Source: Candidatus Dormiibacterota bacterium
GTDB taxonomy: Bacteria; Chloroflexota; Dormibacteria; Aeolococcales; Aeolococcaceae
Assembly (NCBI GenBank): GCA_003162415.1
Contig: PMOL01000011.1
Coordinates: 84,701-148,700, forward strand
Direction of reading: 5' to 3'
Length of the DNA: 64,000 bases
The notes under the pieces are model-generated. The model ran no database searches and was not told where the DNA came from. It saw only the letters and a program-made list of their open reading frames with translations. Positions within the stretch are counted from its first letter, which is position 1; every line of letters begins with the position of its first letter. A program made the position numbers and the translations under genes. Of the stretch, positions 1 through 10,164 are shown in pieces.

Positions 1-587
1 CGTTGGTCGAGCTTACTGGAGTACCGTGCCACTTTCCCAGTTGCAGCACGGTCTGGGCAGACAGACTGGAGGGTCGACGTGTACACCAACGCCCCCCGTA
101 CGCTGCCTCCGACAACCTTCCTCCTCTGGCCGAGTAATACGCGATGCCCTAAACTCAACCGGCAGCCGCAGCTGCGGCGCGAAAAGGAACCCCGCGAGTA
201 TTCATCACACCCCGTGTGACCCGTCTGTGAGCTAATGGCGTTGAGTATAAAGGTCCAGGCGAGTACGGCCGCCTCGAGCCAGACCCTCTGCACCAGGGAC
301 TACGGCCCAAAAGGGAAGTTTAGGATCGCCCTGAAAAATCAAGCGTCCAAGCGCCCCGTTACTTTGACAAGCGGCACCACGCGAGTCATGGATTGCGGAA
401 GCGTTCTCAACCGCGTGACCATCAGTAACCAAGGCCGTCGGGTCCATCTTCTAGTCTTCCTCACCAACGTTCAAAGCACGCCCAGCCGCGGCCGTCTGCG
501 CCGCAGCGATGACGTGCCGACCTACCCTACGTTGCGCCAGTGTACAAGCCCTAACATGAAAGCGACGGTTCGGAGGCCCCCAGACGG

Positions 588-1673
588 ATGAAGAACACCG
601 ATGGCGGCAGGCACGACGGGAACGCGTCTCGTTCGGGCGCGCCCGCCGCGACGATCGTCGATGTCGCGCGCAGGGCCGGGGTGTCTGTCTCCACTGTGTC
701 ACGTGTCGTGCGAGACCATGCCGATGTCCGCCATTCCACCAGACTGCACGTCTTGCGCGTGATTGATGAACTCGCCTACCGACCGTCGTCAATAGCGAGA
801 GCGCTAGTTTCGGGTCGCTCATTTGCCCTTGGACTACTGGTGAGCGACCTTGCTAATCCGTTCTATCCTCAGCTCGCGACTGCCGTCGAGCGCGAGGCCC
901 GGCGTCTTGGCTACACCGTAGCTATCTGCATCACGGAGCATGATGCGCACGAAACTGAGAGGTACCTCCACAGATTGTTGGACCAAGGGATCCAAGGTGT
1001 GATTCATGCCTCGGTCGGTGATGACGAGGCGATGTGTCTCGCGCTGATGGACGACTCGAACCGAATCCTGTTCACCAATCGACGGCCGAAGTCGCCACAC
1101 GTAAACTACGTGGTGTCAGACAATGTTGCCGGCAGTGCTGCGCTTACCCGACACCTCTTAGCCAAGGGCCACCGCCGCATCGGGTTCGTCAACGGGTCGC
1201 CGGCCGCTTCCACATCGCAAGAGAGACTCGAGGGTTTCCTAAAGCAAGTCGCTCGGGTCAGAGGTGCCCAACCCGTTTTGGCCCCTGGCGACTTCACCTC
1301 TGAGAGCGGAACTAAGGCGGTCGCGAACTGGATTCGGGAGGGTGTCCTTCCTAGCGCGATTATTGGCGTTAACGACTTGGTCGCTCTCGGGGCCATTGAA
1401 GGACTCCTCGGCGCTGGCCTCCGCGTTCCAGAGGACGCGGCGGTTGCTGGATTCGACGACGTCGCCCTCGCATCTTCCGCGTTGGCGAGCTTGACGTCTG
1501 TGGCTCAGCATATTGACCAAATGGGGACTCGCGCGGTACAGCTGCTTCTACGCGCAACTGCCAAGCGCCCACCACGGCCGCTTCACGAGGTCCTCGCGCC
1601 GGAGCTCATCGTCCGCAGGAGTACGTCGGCGCTGCCATCAGGTCATCGTCATCCGTCCCTCGCACCTCGTTAG
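588..1673 (+). CDS. LacI family transcriptional regulator
   Basis: N-terminal HTH (TIVDVARRAGVSVSTVSRVV) followed by a periplasmic-binding-protein-like sugar-binding fold. ATG start at 588. Confidence 0.85.
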   Translation: MKNTDGGRHDGNASRSGAPAATIVDVARRAGVSVSTVSRVVRDHADVRHSTRLHVLRVIDELAYRPSSIARALVSGRSFALGLLVSDLANPFYPQLATAVEREARRLGYTVAICITEHDAHETERYLHRLLDQGIQGVIHASVGDDEAMCLALMDDSNRILFTNRRPKSPHVNYVVSDNVAGSAALTRHLLAKGHRRIGFVNGSPAASTSQERLEGFLKQVARVRGAQPVLAPGDFTSESGTKAVANWIREGVLPSAIIGVNDLVALGAIEGLLGAGLRVPEDAAVAGFDDVALASSALASLTSVAQHIDQMGTRAVQLLLRATAKRPPRPLHEVLAPELIVRRSTSALPSGHRHPSLAPR

Positions 1674-1867
1674 GAGCTCCGCTACAAGAGGTCCAAGGCA
1701 TGTGCGTATGCGGCGCGGCACCACAGAGCCGTGCTGCTCCGGCACCCTAGAGTTGTCTCGCACGCCGATCGCCCGAATATCGGCCGGGGCGGCGCGGTGG
1801 CGCAGCTACGGTCCACTGGCCTCGTGGTCGCAGCAGCCTGACTTAGCCGCACACCTGTTCCTTGCGC

Positions 1868-2722
1868 TCAGGCCGTAATAATGACGATGGCGAGAATCGC
1901 CATCGTCGCGCCTACGGCCTGAACTGCATTCAAGCGTTCGCCGGTGAATATCCGAGCGCACAACACCGTGAAGGCGGGATAGAACGACACAAGCAGTGCC
2001 GTAATGGAGAGCAGTCCACCACGCGAGGCATACAGATACATCACCGCTCCACCGCCGTCAAGTACACCGCCGAAGCCGATAAGTCGCCACGCGCTGCGAT
2101 CCGGAATCGGACGCGCGCCACTCATGAGAGTCGCAACTAAGCCAACAATAATTGCAGCGACACGACCACTGACGAAGGCGGTCACCCCCGCGGAACTCGC
2201 CGCGTGGAAGAGAACGAAGAAGCCGCCAAAGGCCAAGCCAGCGCAAACTGCAAGTGTCATGCCCGCGAGAGGCCGCGGCCCAAACTCGCGACCGAAGCCG
2301 CCAATCAGTACGATGGCGACGAGGCCCATGCTCACCCCACCCAGTTGCCAGGCACTGAGTCGATCACCTCCGATCAGTCCGATGATGGTCGGCAGACCGG
2401 CGCCGACAACGCCAGTTATGGGGGCGACGACGCCGATGAGATTGACGCTCATCGCGCGATAGAAAGCAATTATTCCAATACCACCCAGCGCCCCTCCCGC
2501 GAACGCGAGCAAGGCGGCGCTGGCGTCCCAACCGATAGGTAGCAACAGCACCGCGAGCGGAAGCATGATGAAGCCAGATAGTTGTAGGCCGACCATGACT
2601 GTTGGCACCGAGATCCGCCGACCCGCAAGGCCGCCGATGAAGTCGGCGACACCCAGCGCTGCTGCTGCGGTTAAGGCCGCCATCGGCCCGAGGGAAGGGC
2701 TCATCTTCCGACTGTCTCGCAA
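1868..2722 (-). CDS. DMT/EamA family transporter (10-TM membrane protein)
   Basis: Gly/Ala/Leu-rich polytopic membrane protein with duplicated EamA-like halves. Paralogous to the ORF at 33315-34160. The true start may be the internal Met at about 2704. Confidence 0.7.
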   Translation of the reverse strand: MRDSRKMSPSLGPMAALTAAAALGVADFIGGLAGRRISVPTVMVGLQLSGFIMLPLAVLLLPIGWDASAALLAFAGGALGGIGIIAFYRAMSVNLIGVVAPITGVVGAGLPTIIGLIGGDRLSAWQLGGVSMGLVAIVLIGGFGREFGPRPLAGMTLAVCAGLAFGGFFVLFHAASSAGVTAFVSGRVAAIIVGLVATLMSGARPIPDRSAWRLIGFGGVLDGGGAVMYLYASRGGLLSITALLVSFYPAFTVLCARIFTGERLNAVQAVGATMAILAIVIITA

Positions 2723-3033
2723 TGTGTCACTTCACGCATAAGGAAACCGACGCTCCGCGCGGCCCGACGTACTATACGCATCCGCCAGACGAGCGCACTG
2801 CGCCAACCACCGCATCCCCTCGCGTCGTTGCTAGTACTTCCGACGCTACGTTCGAAAGAGCTCACGACCGCGGGTTGCGACCTCCAAGATGGTCTACCGA
2901 TACATAGGTAAGGCCCGGCTCTTGTTCGACACGGAGAATTCTGCTTCTACAATCCGTGGTGAGCGAGCCAAAGGGGCGGTCAAAGGCGACCGCTATCTGC
3001 TCACGCTGGCTCGCGCCTCAATCGGGTGGGCGA

Positions 3034-3822
3034 CTACCTCAGCCGAGTCGTGTAGGTCCTCAACCAACGAAGGCTCGTCGGAGTATCGACGAGAGGTCTG
3101 TACTCGAGGCCCACGTAGCCCTCGTACCCGGCCCGATCCAAGTCTTTCAGGAATTCGCCGATTGGTTGGGATCCCGTGCCCGGCTCGTGTCGGCCTGGTA
3201 CATCGGCGATTTGCACGTGCGCGACCAGAGGCATATGGGCGTGAAGACATGCGATCGGATCCTCGTTCGCCATCACGGCGTGGTACTGGTCAAGTTGCAG
3301 GCGAACACTTGGGTGGTGCACCGATTCGACCAGGTGCGCAGCAGTGGCAACATTGCTCGCCCAGTACCCGGGCATATCGATGTTGTTTATGGCCTCGACA
3401 AGCAGGGTTATTCCGGCCTCTTGAGCCAAGGGAGCGACTCGCAGCAGATTTGCGATTACCATCGCCTCAGCGTCTTCGTCGGTGACACCGGCAGGAGGCA
3501 CACCCACCAACGTATTGAGCTTGGTGGTCCCAATCCGTAGGGCCAACTGGATGGCATCGCGCATCGCACGAATGAACTCAACCTCTCGCCCCGGAAGCGA
3601 CAACAAACCGCGCTCTCCTCCTGCCCAGTTGCCCGCCGCAGGGTTGAACAGGACCATCGTCAATCCAAGCCGATGCAGAATGAACTCAAGGCGATCTGGG
3701 TTCAGTTCGTGCGGAAAGAGCATCTCAATGTGCGTGAACCCAGCCTCGGCTGCGGCCTCAAAACGCTGATACGGGTCCAACTCCTGCCACAACATGCTCA
3801 GGTTGGCTGCGAAGTTTGGCAT
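3034..3822 (-). CDS. hyi: hydroxypyruvate isomerase
   Basis: Matches the Hyi N-terminus closely (FAANLSMLW..., AGNWAGGERG..LPGREVEF) and has the xylose-isomerase-like TIM barrel. Confidence 0.85.
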   Translation of the reverse strand: MPNFAANLSMLWQELDPYQRFEAAAEAGFTHIEMLFPHELNPDRLEFILHRLGLTMVLFNPAAGNWAGGERGLLSLPGREVEFIRAMRDAIQLALRIGTTKLNTLVGVPPAGVTDEDAEAMVIANLLRVAPLAQEAGITLLVEAINNIDMPGYWASNVATAAHLVESVHHPSVRLQLDQYHAVMANEDPIACLHAHMPLVAHVQIADVPGRHEPGTGSQPIGEFLKDLDRAGYEGYVGLEYRPLVDTPTSLRWLRTYTTRLR

Positions 3823-4934
3823 GTGCGCTCTCCGGTGTTGTAGCGGTGAGTCCGCGGATCAACTTGCAGAGTATGGCTATTGGTGCGTGCCACGGACTGC
3901 CTTCTGCGGATGGTCGCCGCGCCCGCATTCCGTGCGATGGGCCAACCGGAGCGAGGGTGCCCGCCCGCGTACCCATTCTCGCTCCCGGTACCAGTTGCGA
4001 CTATTCAGCCAAGTTCAGGAGGGGCGTCGTCGAGGGCTGGAGCCCAAGGTGAGGATTGAACTCACGGCCCACGCCTTACCAAGGTGCACTCCCCGACGAC
4101 GCCCCGTCCTGAACTCGCTGGAGGAATCCTTGGCCCGATATGGACAATGCCTTCGGGTACAGAGACGCCGATGGAGCACCGTGGATACGTCGAGACAGCA
4201 CTGTACGAGACGCGGACACCGACGTCAACTCCGCGGGATCCCGTGTAGCCATCGCGCACACGATGGACGCGCCCGATGACTGCACGCTCTGCGGTGGTGA
4301 ACCACGCCGGGCACGCCGACTCGATGACTCCCGACGCGCGCGGGAGTGCGGCAGCGACGCACGTTCGTATGCCAGTTCCAGCCGACACGACGTTGGGCGG
4401 ATCCAGGCGCCCTGTATGCCCGGGAGCAGGTGGCGATCGCCCCGTGCTCGGAACCCAGATCTGCGCAGCCTCGAGGCCTGCACAGCGCCGCCAGAGCGAT
4501 TGATCATCGAGCTCCACCTCGCCAGCGGTTCGGCGCCAGCGATACGGCCGTGCTGACCCTCCGCTGCAAGGCTCGTCCACCCGATTGGCCGTGAGGGCAG
4601 CAGGCCCGACCCGGACTGCACCCCAGCACTGCCGTCCGGGCTACGTGGCCTTGGTCACGGCGTCGAGCCGCCTGCTGTGCCCGGCTCCTCGACGAGCGCC
4701 CGACGCGTGCGGCCCGGCAGCGGCGGAGCCCGCGCCACGAGGTCGAGCGTCTCAGTTCTCACCGACGAGATCCGGAGCAGCTAATGCGAACCTAATCGTT
4801 GGTCCCTGCGGGCGATGGCGATGGCGACGGTGACGGACCTAGTTCAGACATGCGAGCTCTTGTGGGCTGACTGCGCGCCTCCCAAAACCACGCTTGACGA
4901 CCCCCTGGGTGCTGGTATACCGTCGACCGTCTAC

Positions 4935-5744
4935 ATGCCAAGGCTAACCCGTCTGGAACCCAGTCATCTCGTCGATCGCGCCTACCATGAGGTACGTACC
5001 GCGATCCTGAATCGTGATCTCCTCCCGGGCTCGCGCCTTGTAGAGGCCCAACTCGCAGAGGAGCTCGGAGTGAGCCGGCTCCCGGTACGGGAAGCCTTAA
5101 TTCAACTCGAGTCCGAGGGTCTGGCCGTTCGCATTCCCGGACGCGGCAAGGTCGTCGCGTCGCTCAGCGCGGCTGACGTAAGCGAGGTCTACACCCTTCG
5201 AGCCGCGGTCGAGACTCTGGCTTTCCGGCTCGCGAAAGACCACGTCACGTCAACTGACCAGCACTCTCTCGAACGACTCATCGACAAGATGGAAGAGGCG
5301 GCAACCGAAGGTGACGTTCGTGAGCTCGCAGCTCTCGACGTGCGGTTCCACGAACAGATCGTGCGGCTCTCACATCACCGACGAGCACTGGCCGTCTGGA
5401 GAAGCATGACTGTGCAGATGCAGTTGCTGTCTCTCCGCGTAATCGACACCCTGTACCGAGACCTTGCCGTAGTGCCCGATCATCATCGCGCCTTGCTGGA
5501 TGCCCTTGTGCGTGGTGAAGAGCCGACCGGGCTGGACGACCACATCATGTCCGTGGCCCACCACATCCTTTCGCAGCTGTCGGCGGACCACCACACGGAC
5601 GGCACGCCAGCCAACGCGCACAAACCGGTGCACACAAACGTAGGCGCTGGTGCACTAGCCGAAAGCGATATCCCGGCCCCGATCATGTCGCTCAAGAGTA
5701 CGAGATCGCGGAAACGTTCAAGAGGTGCAGGAAATGGCGGCTAA
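4935..5744 (+). CDS. GntR family transcriptional regulator (FadR/FCD subfamily)
   Basis: Winged HTH (LAEELGVSRLPVREAL) plus a C-terminal FCD-type all-helical domain. The ORF opens at 4815 but the domain alignment suggests the start is the Met at 4935. Confidence 0.8.
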   Translation: MPRLTRLEPSHLVDRAYHEVRTAILNRDLLPGSRLVEAQLAEELGVSRLPVREALIQLESEGLAVRIPGRGKVVASLSAADVSEVYTLRAAVETLAFRLAKDHVTSTDQHSLERLIDKMEEAATEGDVRELAALDVRFHEQIVRLSHHRRALAVWRSMTVQMQLLSLRVIDTLYRDLAVVPDHHRALLDALVRGEEPTGLDDHIMSVAHHILSQLSADHHTDGTPANAHKPVHTNVGAGALAESDIPAPIMSLKSTRSRKRSRGAGNGG

Positions 5745-7299
5745 TCGATTTCAAATGGACCGTCGGAGCTTCCTCAAAGGAGCAGGCGCGGCGGGCGTGG
5801 TTATCGGTAGCGGAGGGCTCAGCGCATTCCTAGAGGCATGCGGGAGCACCAGCACCAGTCCGATTGTCGGTTCCAAGCCCGTCCGTGGTGGAACGCTGAC
5901 CCTTGCGGCAGTCGACAGTCCGATTAACCTTGATCCACAAGACACGGCGAACTACGCATCGGCACAAGTCTACAACAACATTTTCTCACGGCTGGTGGAC
6001 CTCGACGTCAACTTCAATCCGTTGCCAGCGCTTGCGCACTCCTGGACTCAAGATGATGATGTTACCTGGACATTCAATCTGGTGGATAACGCAGTCTTTC
6101 ACAACGGCCAGCCTTTCACCGCTAACGATGTTCAGTACACTTTCCAGCGAGTCACTCAGCATGCCGACGCGGTATATCTGTCGGCCTTCAAGTCGGTAGA
6201 GATACTGAGCAAATACCAAATTCGGCTGCACCTCACCGGCCCTCTCGGGCCTCTGTTTCCGACGCTGGCGTACGCGAGTGACATTGTCAACGAGAACGCG
6301 GTGACGACCATGGACCCAAAGCTTCACCCAGTTGGGACTGGTCCGTTCAAATTCGTTGAGTGGGTTCAGAACGATCATGTCACCCTTCAACGTTGGGACA
6401 AGTACTTCAAGAGCGGACTGCCATATTTGGACGAGGTCATTTTCAAGTCAATCGCCGACGACTCTGTGCGCCTCACGGCACTCCAAACTGGTGCCGTAGA
6501 TTGGATCCAGCAAGTTCCGACCCAACAGGCGGCCGCCCTTCAGAGCAGTACTCAGCTCAAGCACTCTCCGAAATACGCATTCTTGCCCGACATGATCGCG
6601 CTAAATTGCAAGATCCCGCCATTCAATGACGAGCGAGTTCGGCAGGCCGTGGCATGGGCGATTGATCGCAAGGAGATTGCCAGCCTCGTCTTCTATACAG
6701 AGGGTGTCGCTGCCACCGAGGCAGTCTCTCCACCGAACCCGTTCTACTCTGGTGCAAACCCCTACGCCGGGGCTCCCGATCCGGCGAAAGCTAAGTCTTT
6801 GCTGGCGGCTGCAGGGTACCCGAATGGACTGACGATCACGTACGACGGACAGTCAAACGTCCCGACTCAAGTCAAGATCGGAGAGATTCTTCAGTCGCAA
6901 TTGGCTAAGGCGGGCATCACGCTGCAGATCACCAACTACTCCTCGGCAGACTGGATCTCCCGTCTGCTCGGGCTTAAGTACCAAATGAACGAAACGTACT
7001 TTGCGCTCGACATCGATCCAGCGTGGATTTACTACCCGCTGTGTTTGTCAACCTCGAAGCAGAACTTTACGGGCTTCGGCTCGCCGCAGACCGATGCCCT
7101 GCTCCAACAGGTCATGTTTAACTCCAGCGAGACGGCGCGGAAGGCTGCCTACGACGAGGTCGTCAACGCAATCGCCACAGCGGCGCCCCTCATATTCATC
7201 GATACCGAGGACTTGCAATACTGGATGAACCCCAATGTTTCCGGACCCTTCCCGATCCCCACACTCGATCTGAGGTGCGAGGATGTCTGGAAGAAGTAG
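5725..7299 (+). CDS. ABC transporter substrate-binding protein, family 5 (peptide/nickel/opine type), Tat signal
   Basis: N-terminal twin-arginine motif RRSFLKGAGAAG, then an SBP_bac_5 fold. It is the first gene of a five-gene importer operon. Confidence 0.85.
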   Translation: MQEMAANRFQMDRRSFLKGAGAAGVVIGSGGLSAFLEACGSTSTSPIVGSKPVRGGTLTLAAVDSPINLDPQDTANYASAQVYNNIFSRLVDLDVNFNPLPALAHSWTQDDDVTWTFNLVDNAVFHNGQPFTANDVQYTFQRVTQHADAVYLSAFKSVEILSKYQIRLHLTGPLGPLFPTLAYASDIVNENAVTTMDPKLHPVGTGPFKFVEWVQNDHVTLQRWDKYFKSGLPYLDEVIFKSIADDSVRLTALQTGAVDWIQQVPTQQAAALQSSTQLKHSPKYAFLPDMIALNCKIPPFNDERVRQAVAWAIDRKEIASLVFYTEGVAATEAVSPPNPFYSGANPYAGAPDPAKAKSLLAAAGYPNGLTITYDGQSNVPTQVKIGEILQSQLAKAGITLQITNYSSADWISRLLGLKYQMNETYFALDIDPAWIYYPLCLSTSKQNFTGFGSPQTDALLQQVMFNSSETARKAAYDEVVNAIATAAPLIFIDTEDLQYWMNPNVSGPFPIPTLDLRCEDVWKK

Positions 7300-7385
7300 G
7301 GCCCCGATTTGACAGGGCCAAAGTAACCCTAGGATTGCCGATGGACTTGTGTGGGTCGCCTGCGTGAGTAGGTAAGTACGCTTCC

Positions 7386-8339
7386 ATGATTCGAGTGCTC
7401 CTGCATCGGGTCGTTCTGATCGTCCCCATACTGTTCGGAGCGTCGATCATCGTGTTTGCCATCATTCGGCTCGTGCCGGGCGATCCCGCCGTGATCATGC
7501 TTGGTCTGAATGCCACGCCCAAGCTAATACTGCAAATACATCAACAGTTGGGACTCGACCAGCCCGTCTACGTCCAGTACATACACTGGATAGGAGGCAT
7601 CGTCCATGGCGACTGGGGTCATGACTACCTGAGTGGACAACCGATCTCGGGGTTGCTAACGACTACTCTCCCAGTGACTGGAGAACTCGTAGTCCTGTCG
7701 CTAGCCTTGGCCATAGCTCTGGGTGTGACAGTTGGCTCAGTGGCGGCGCTGTACCGTGGGCGGCTTCCCGATTGGGTCTCGCAAATTATCAGCATGATCG
7801 GCATCTCCATACCCGACTTCTGGCTGGGGATCATGCTCACTCTTCTGTTTGCACTTGTGCTTGGAGTCTTACCCTCCTCCGGCTTCACTCCGCTCACCGT
7901 TAGTATCCCGGACAACCTGATCCACATGATTCTGCCGGTCGTGGCTTTGGCCTCAGGTCTGACGGCTGTTCTCATCCGAATCACGCGAGCGGCGATGCTG
8001 GAAGTGCTTGGTCAGGAGTACATCAGGTTCGCAAGAGCGAGCGGCGTTCCCGAGTGGCGCGTGGTTCTTCACCACGGCATTCGCAATGCGGCCGCGCCCA
8101 TCTTGACCGTTATCGGCCTACAGGCCGGCTACCTATTCGGCGCGACGATTGTGATCGAGACAGTGTTCTCGCTTCCGGGCCTCGGACAGCTGATCTTGAA
8201 TTCAACTCTCACGCACGACTACCCAGTCATTCAAGCCTCTGTACTCGTTCTCACGTTACTGTTCGTTGCAACCAACCTCCTCACTGACGCAGCGGTTCTC
8301 GCGATAGACCCGCGCCTGCGGCAGGCGCGCACAGCCTGA
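7386..8339 (+). CDS. ABC transporter permease (DppB/OppB-like)
   Basis: Six-TM BPD_transp_1 permease with an EAA-like loop. Confidence 0.85.
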   Translation: MIRVLLHRVVLIVPILFGASIIVFAIIRLVPGDPAVIMLGLNATPKLILQIHQQLGLDQPVYVQYIHWIGGIVHGDWGHDYLSGQPISGLLTTTLPVTGELVVLSLALAIALGVTVGSVAALYRGRLPDWVSQIISMIGISIPDFWLGIMLTLLFALVLGVLPSSGFTPLTVSIPDNLIHMILPVVALASGLTAVLIRITRAAMLEVLGQEYIRFARASGVPEWRVVLHHGIRNAAAPILTVIGLQAGYLFGATIVIETVFSLPGLGQLILNSTLTHDYPVIQASVLVLTLLFVATNLLTDAAVLAIDPRLRQARTA

Positions 8340-9211
8340 TGGTCACGACCCTTGTTACGCCGAGCAGAGCGCGGACAATCGTACGATTGCTTAGGGTCAC
8401 TGACAAGCGATTCCTCATCGGCAGCGCGATCGTTCTTGTCATGGCAATCGCCTCGTTTGTCATACCCGCCATCTCCCCATACGGGCCCAACGAGATAATC
8501 CCGCAAGATGCCCTGAGCGGACCGACGTTCCAACACCTGCTCGGTAGTGATGATCTAGGACGAGACGTGCTCGTGCGAGTGATGGCAGGCAGCCGCATCT
8601 CGCTCGGCGTCGCGATCGGATCCGGATTTATTGCAGTGCTCTTGGGTGTGCCGCTAGGATTGATAGCTGGATTCTCCAGTGGCGTTGTCGACAACCTAAT
8701 CATGCGTCCGCTCGATGTACTCATGGCCTTTCCTGCAATCCTCTTGGCAGTAGTGATCGTGGCGTTCGCTGGAACCGGTACGACCGTACTCATCATCGCT
8801 ATAGGAGTCGTCTACACACCGGTGATCGCTCGGGTGATGCGAGCTACCACGATGGCGTCGCGGACGCAGACGTATGTTGACGTAGCGCGAGCCCGGGGCG
8901 CATCCACCCTAAGAATCCTAGTTCGACATGTACTACCGAATAGCATCGGGCCGGTGGTTGTTCAGGCCTCCCTACTTATGGGGTTCGCGATCCTCCTCGA
9001 GGCGGCTTTTAGTTTCATTGGGTTGGGGGTGAGGCCCCCCAACCCATCTCTCGGCTCCATGCTTGCTTCTGAGCGAGACTTCCTGGCCGAAGCTCCTTGG
9101 GTCGTCATTGCCCCTGGCGTGGCTGTCATGGTCCTCGTGCTCGGCTTCAACTTTATCGGCGATGGCTTGCGAGACGCTCTGGACCCCCTCGGGCGGGCTC
9201 GAACTCGATGA
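8339..9211 (+). CDS. ABC transporter permease (DppC/OppC-like)
   Basis: BPD_transp_1 permease. The stop/start junction overlaps the previous gene. Confidence 0.85.
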   Translation: MVTTLVTPSRARTIVRLLRVTDKRFLIGSAIVLVMAIASFVIPAISPYGPNEIIPQDALSGPTFQHLLGSDDLGRDVLVRVMAGSRISLGVAIGSGFIAVLLGVPLGLIAGFSSGVVDNLIMRPLDVLMAFPAILLAVVIVAFAGTGTTVLIIAIGVVYTPVIARVMRATTMASRTQTYVDVARARGASTLRILVRHVLPNSIGPVVVQASLLMGFAILLEAAFSFIGLGVRPPNPSLGSMLASERDFLAEAPWVVIAPGVAVMVLVLGFNFIGDGLRDALDPLGRARTR

Positions 9212-10164
9212 CTCCCCTACTTGAAATTCGTTCGCTGTCTGTGGACTACGGCTACGGAGCTGTGATTCGCGACCTGTCGATCACCGTTTCGGCTGGCGAG
9301 ATTGTTGGGCTCGTCGGTGAATCGGGTTGCGGCAAGACAACCCTGGGGTGGTCCGTGCTCGGTCTACTACCTCGGAGCGCGCGAGTCGACGGGAGCATCC
9401 TTTTTGACGGGACGGAGTTGATTGGGTTGCAAGCGCGCAAACGGCGGAAGCTTCTCGGAGTACGTCTCTCCCTAATCCCCCAAGCTGCCATGGCATCGCT
9501 CGACCCGATGTTCACGGTTGGCCATCAGATACGCGAAATCATCTTGACGCATCAACGCGGCGGACGAGCCGGTGCCGACGCAAGGACGGTCGGGCGGCTA
9601 CGGGAGGTGGGGGTAGCTGCACCCGAGGCTCGACTCCGCGCCTTTCCGCATGAGCTCAGCGGCGGCACTCGCCAGCGCGTTGCCACCGCCGCGGCCATGA
9701 TCCTCAACCCCTCCATGCTCATAGCTGATGAACCGACCTCGAGCCTCGATGTAACCATTCAAGCCCAGGTGCTCGGAGTCCTTCGCTCGGTCATACTTGA
9801 GCACGGAACCGCAGTTATGTTCATCACCCATGACCTCGGCGTCGTTGCGCAGATCTCTGATCGCATCGCCGTCATGTACGCGGGCGAAATCGTCGAGGAA
9901 GCAAGCGCCCAGGAGCTGTTCGAGGATCCGAAGCATCCATACACTAAGAAACTTTTGGCGGCACACCCCGGATTCAGCAACAAAGGACAACGACTCGCTA
10001 CTATCCCGGGTTCGGTCCCAGACCCCGCTCAGCGACCCGGCGGGTGTAGTTTTGAACCGCGCTGTCCTGTGGCGATCCCCCTGTGCCAAGAGGACAGGCC
10101 TCCATGGGTGGCTGTCGAATCCGATAGGCACGTTCGCTGTGTCCACTGTGCACCGAACCACTAG
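9208..10164 (+). CDS. ABC transporter ATP-binding protein (DppD/OppD-like)
   Basis: Walker A GESGCGKTT, signature LSGGTRQR, Walker B LIADEPTS and a C-terminal oligopeptide-type extension. The likely start MTPLLEIRSL lies at 9208, inside the longer ORF. Confidence 0.85.
   Translation: MTPLLEIRSLSVDYGYGAVIRDLSITVSAGEIVGLVGESGCGKTTLGWSVLGLLPRSARVDGSILFDGTELIGLQARKRRKLLGVRLSLIPQAAMASLDPMFTVGHQIREIILTHQRGGRAGADARTVGRLREVGVAAPEARLRAFPHELSGGTRQRVATAAAMILNPSMLIADEPTSSLDVTIQAQVLGVLRSVILEHGTAVMFITHDLGVVAQISDRIAVMYAGEIVEEASAQELFEDPKHPYTKKLLAAHPGFSNKGQRLATIPGSVPDPAQRPGGCSFEPRCPVAIPLCQEDRPPWVAVESDRHVRCVHCAPNH

Noticed and set aside
1-587. ORFs at 26-235 and 235-591 upstream of the LacI gene
   Set aside because: Low-complexity composition with no recognisable motifs, and possibly truncated at the window edge. 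Evidence is insufficient.
4021-4105. Possible tRNA or tmRNA on the minus strand (T-arm-like GTGAGTTCAATCCTCAC inside a 12-bp stem)
   Set aside because: The D-arm and anticodon arm cannot be formed and the acceptor stem would be 12 bp. It is kept only as an inverted-repeat observation.
3794-4621. Several 140-180-aa ORFs on both strands between hyi and the GntR gene
   Set aside because: All are Arg/Ser/Pro-rich, overlap one another and have no domain signatures. The region is treated as non-coding.
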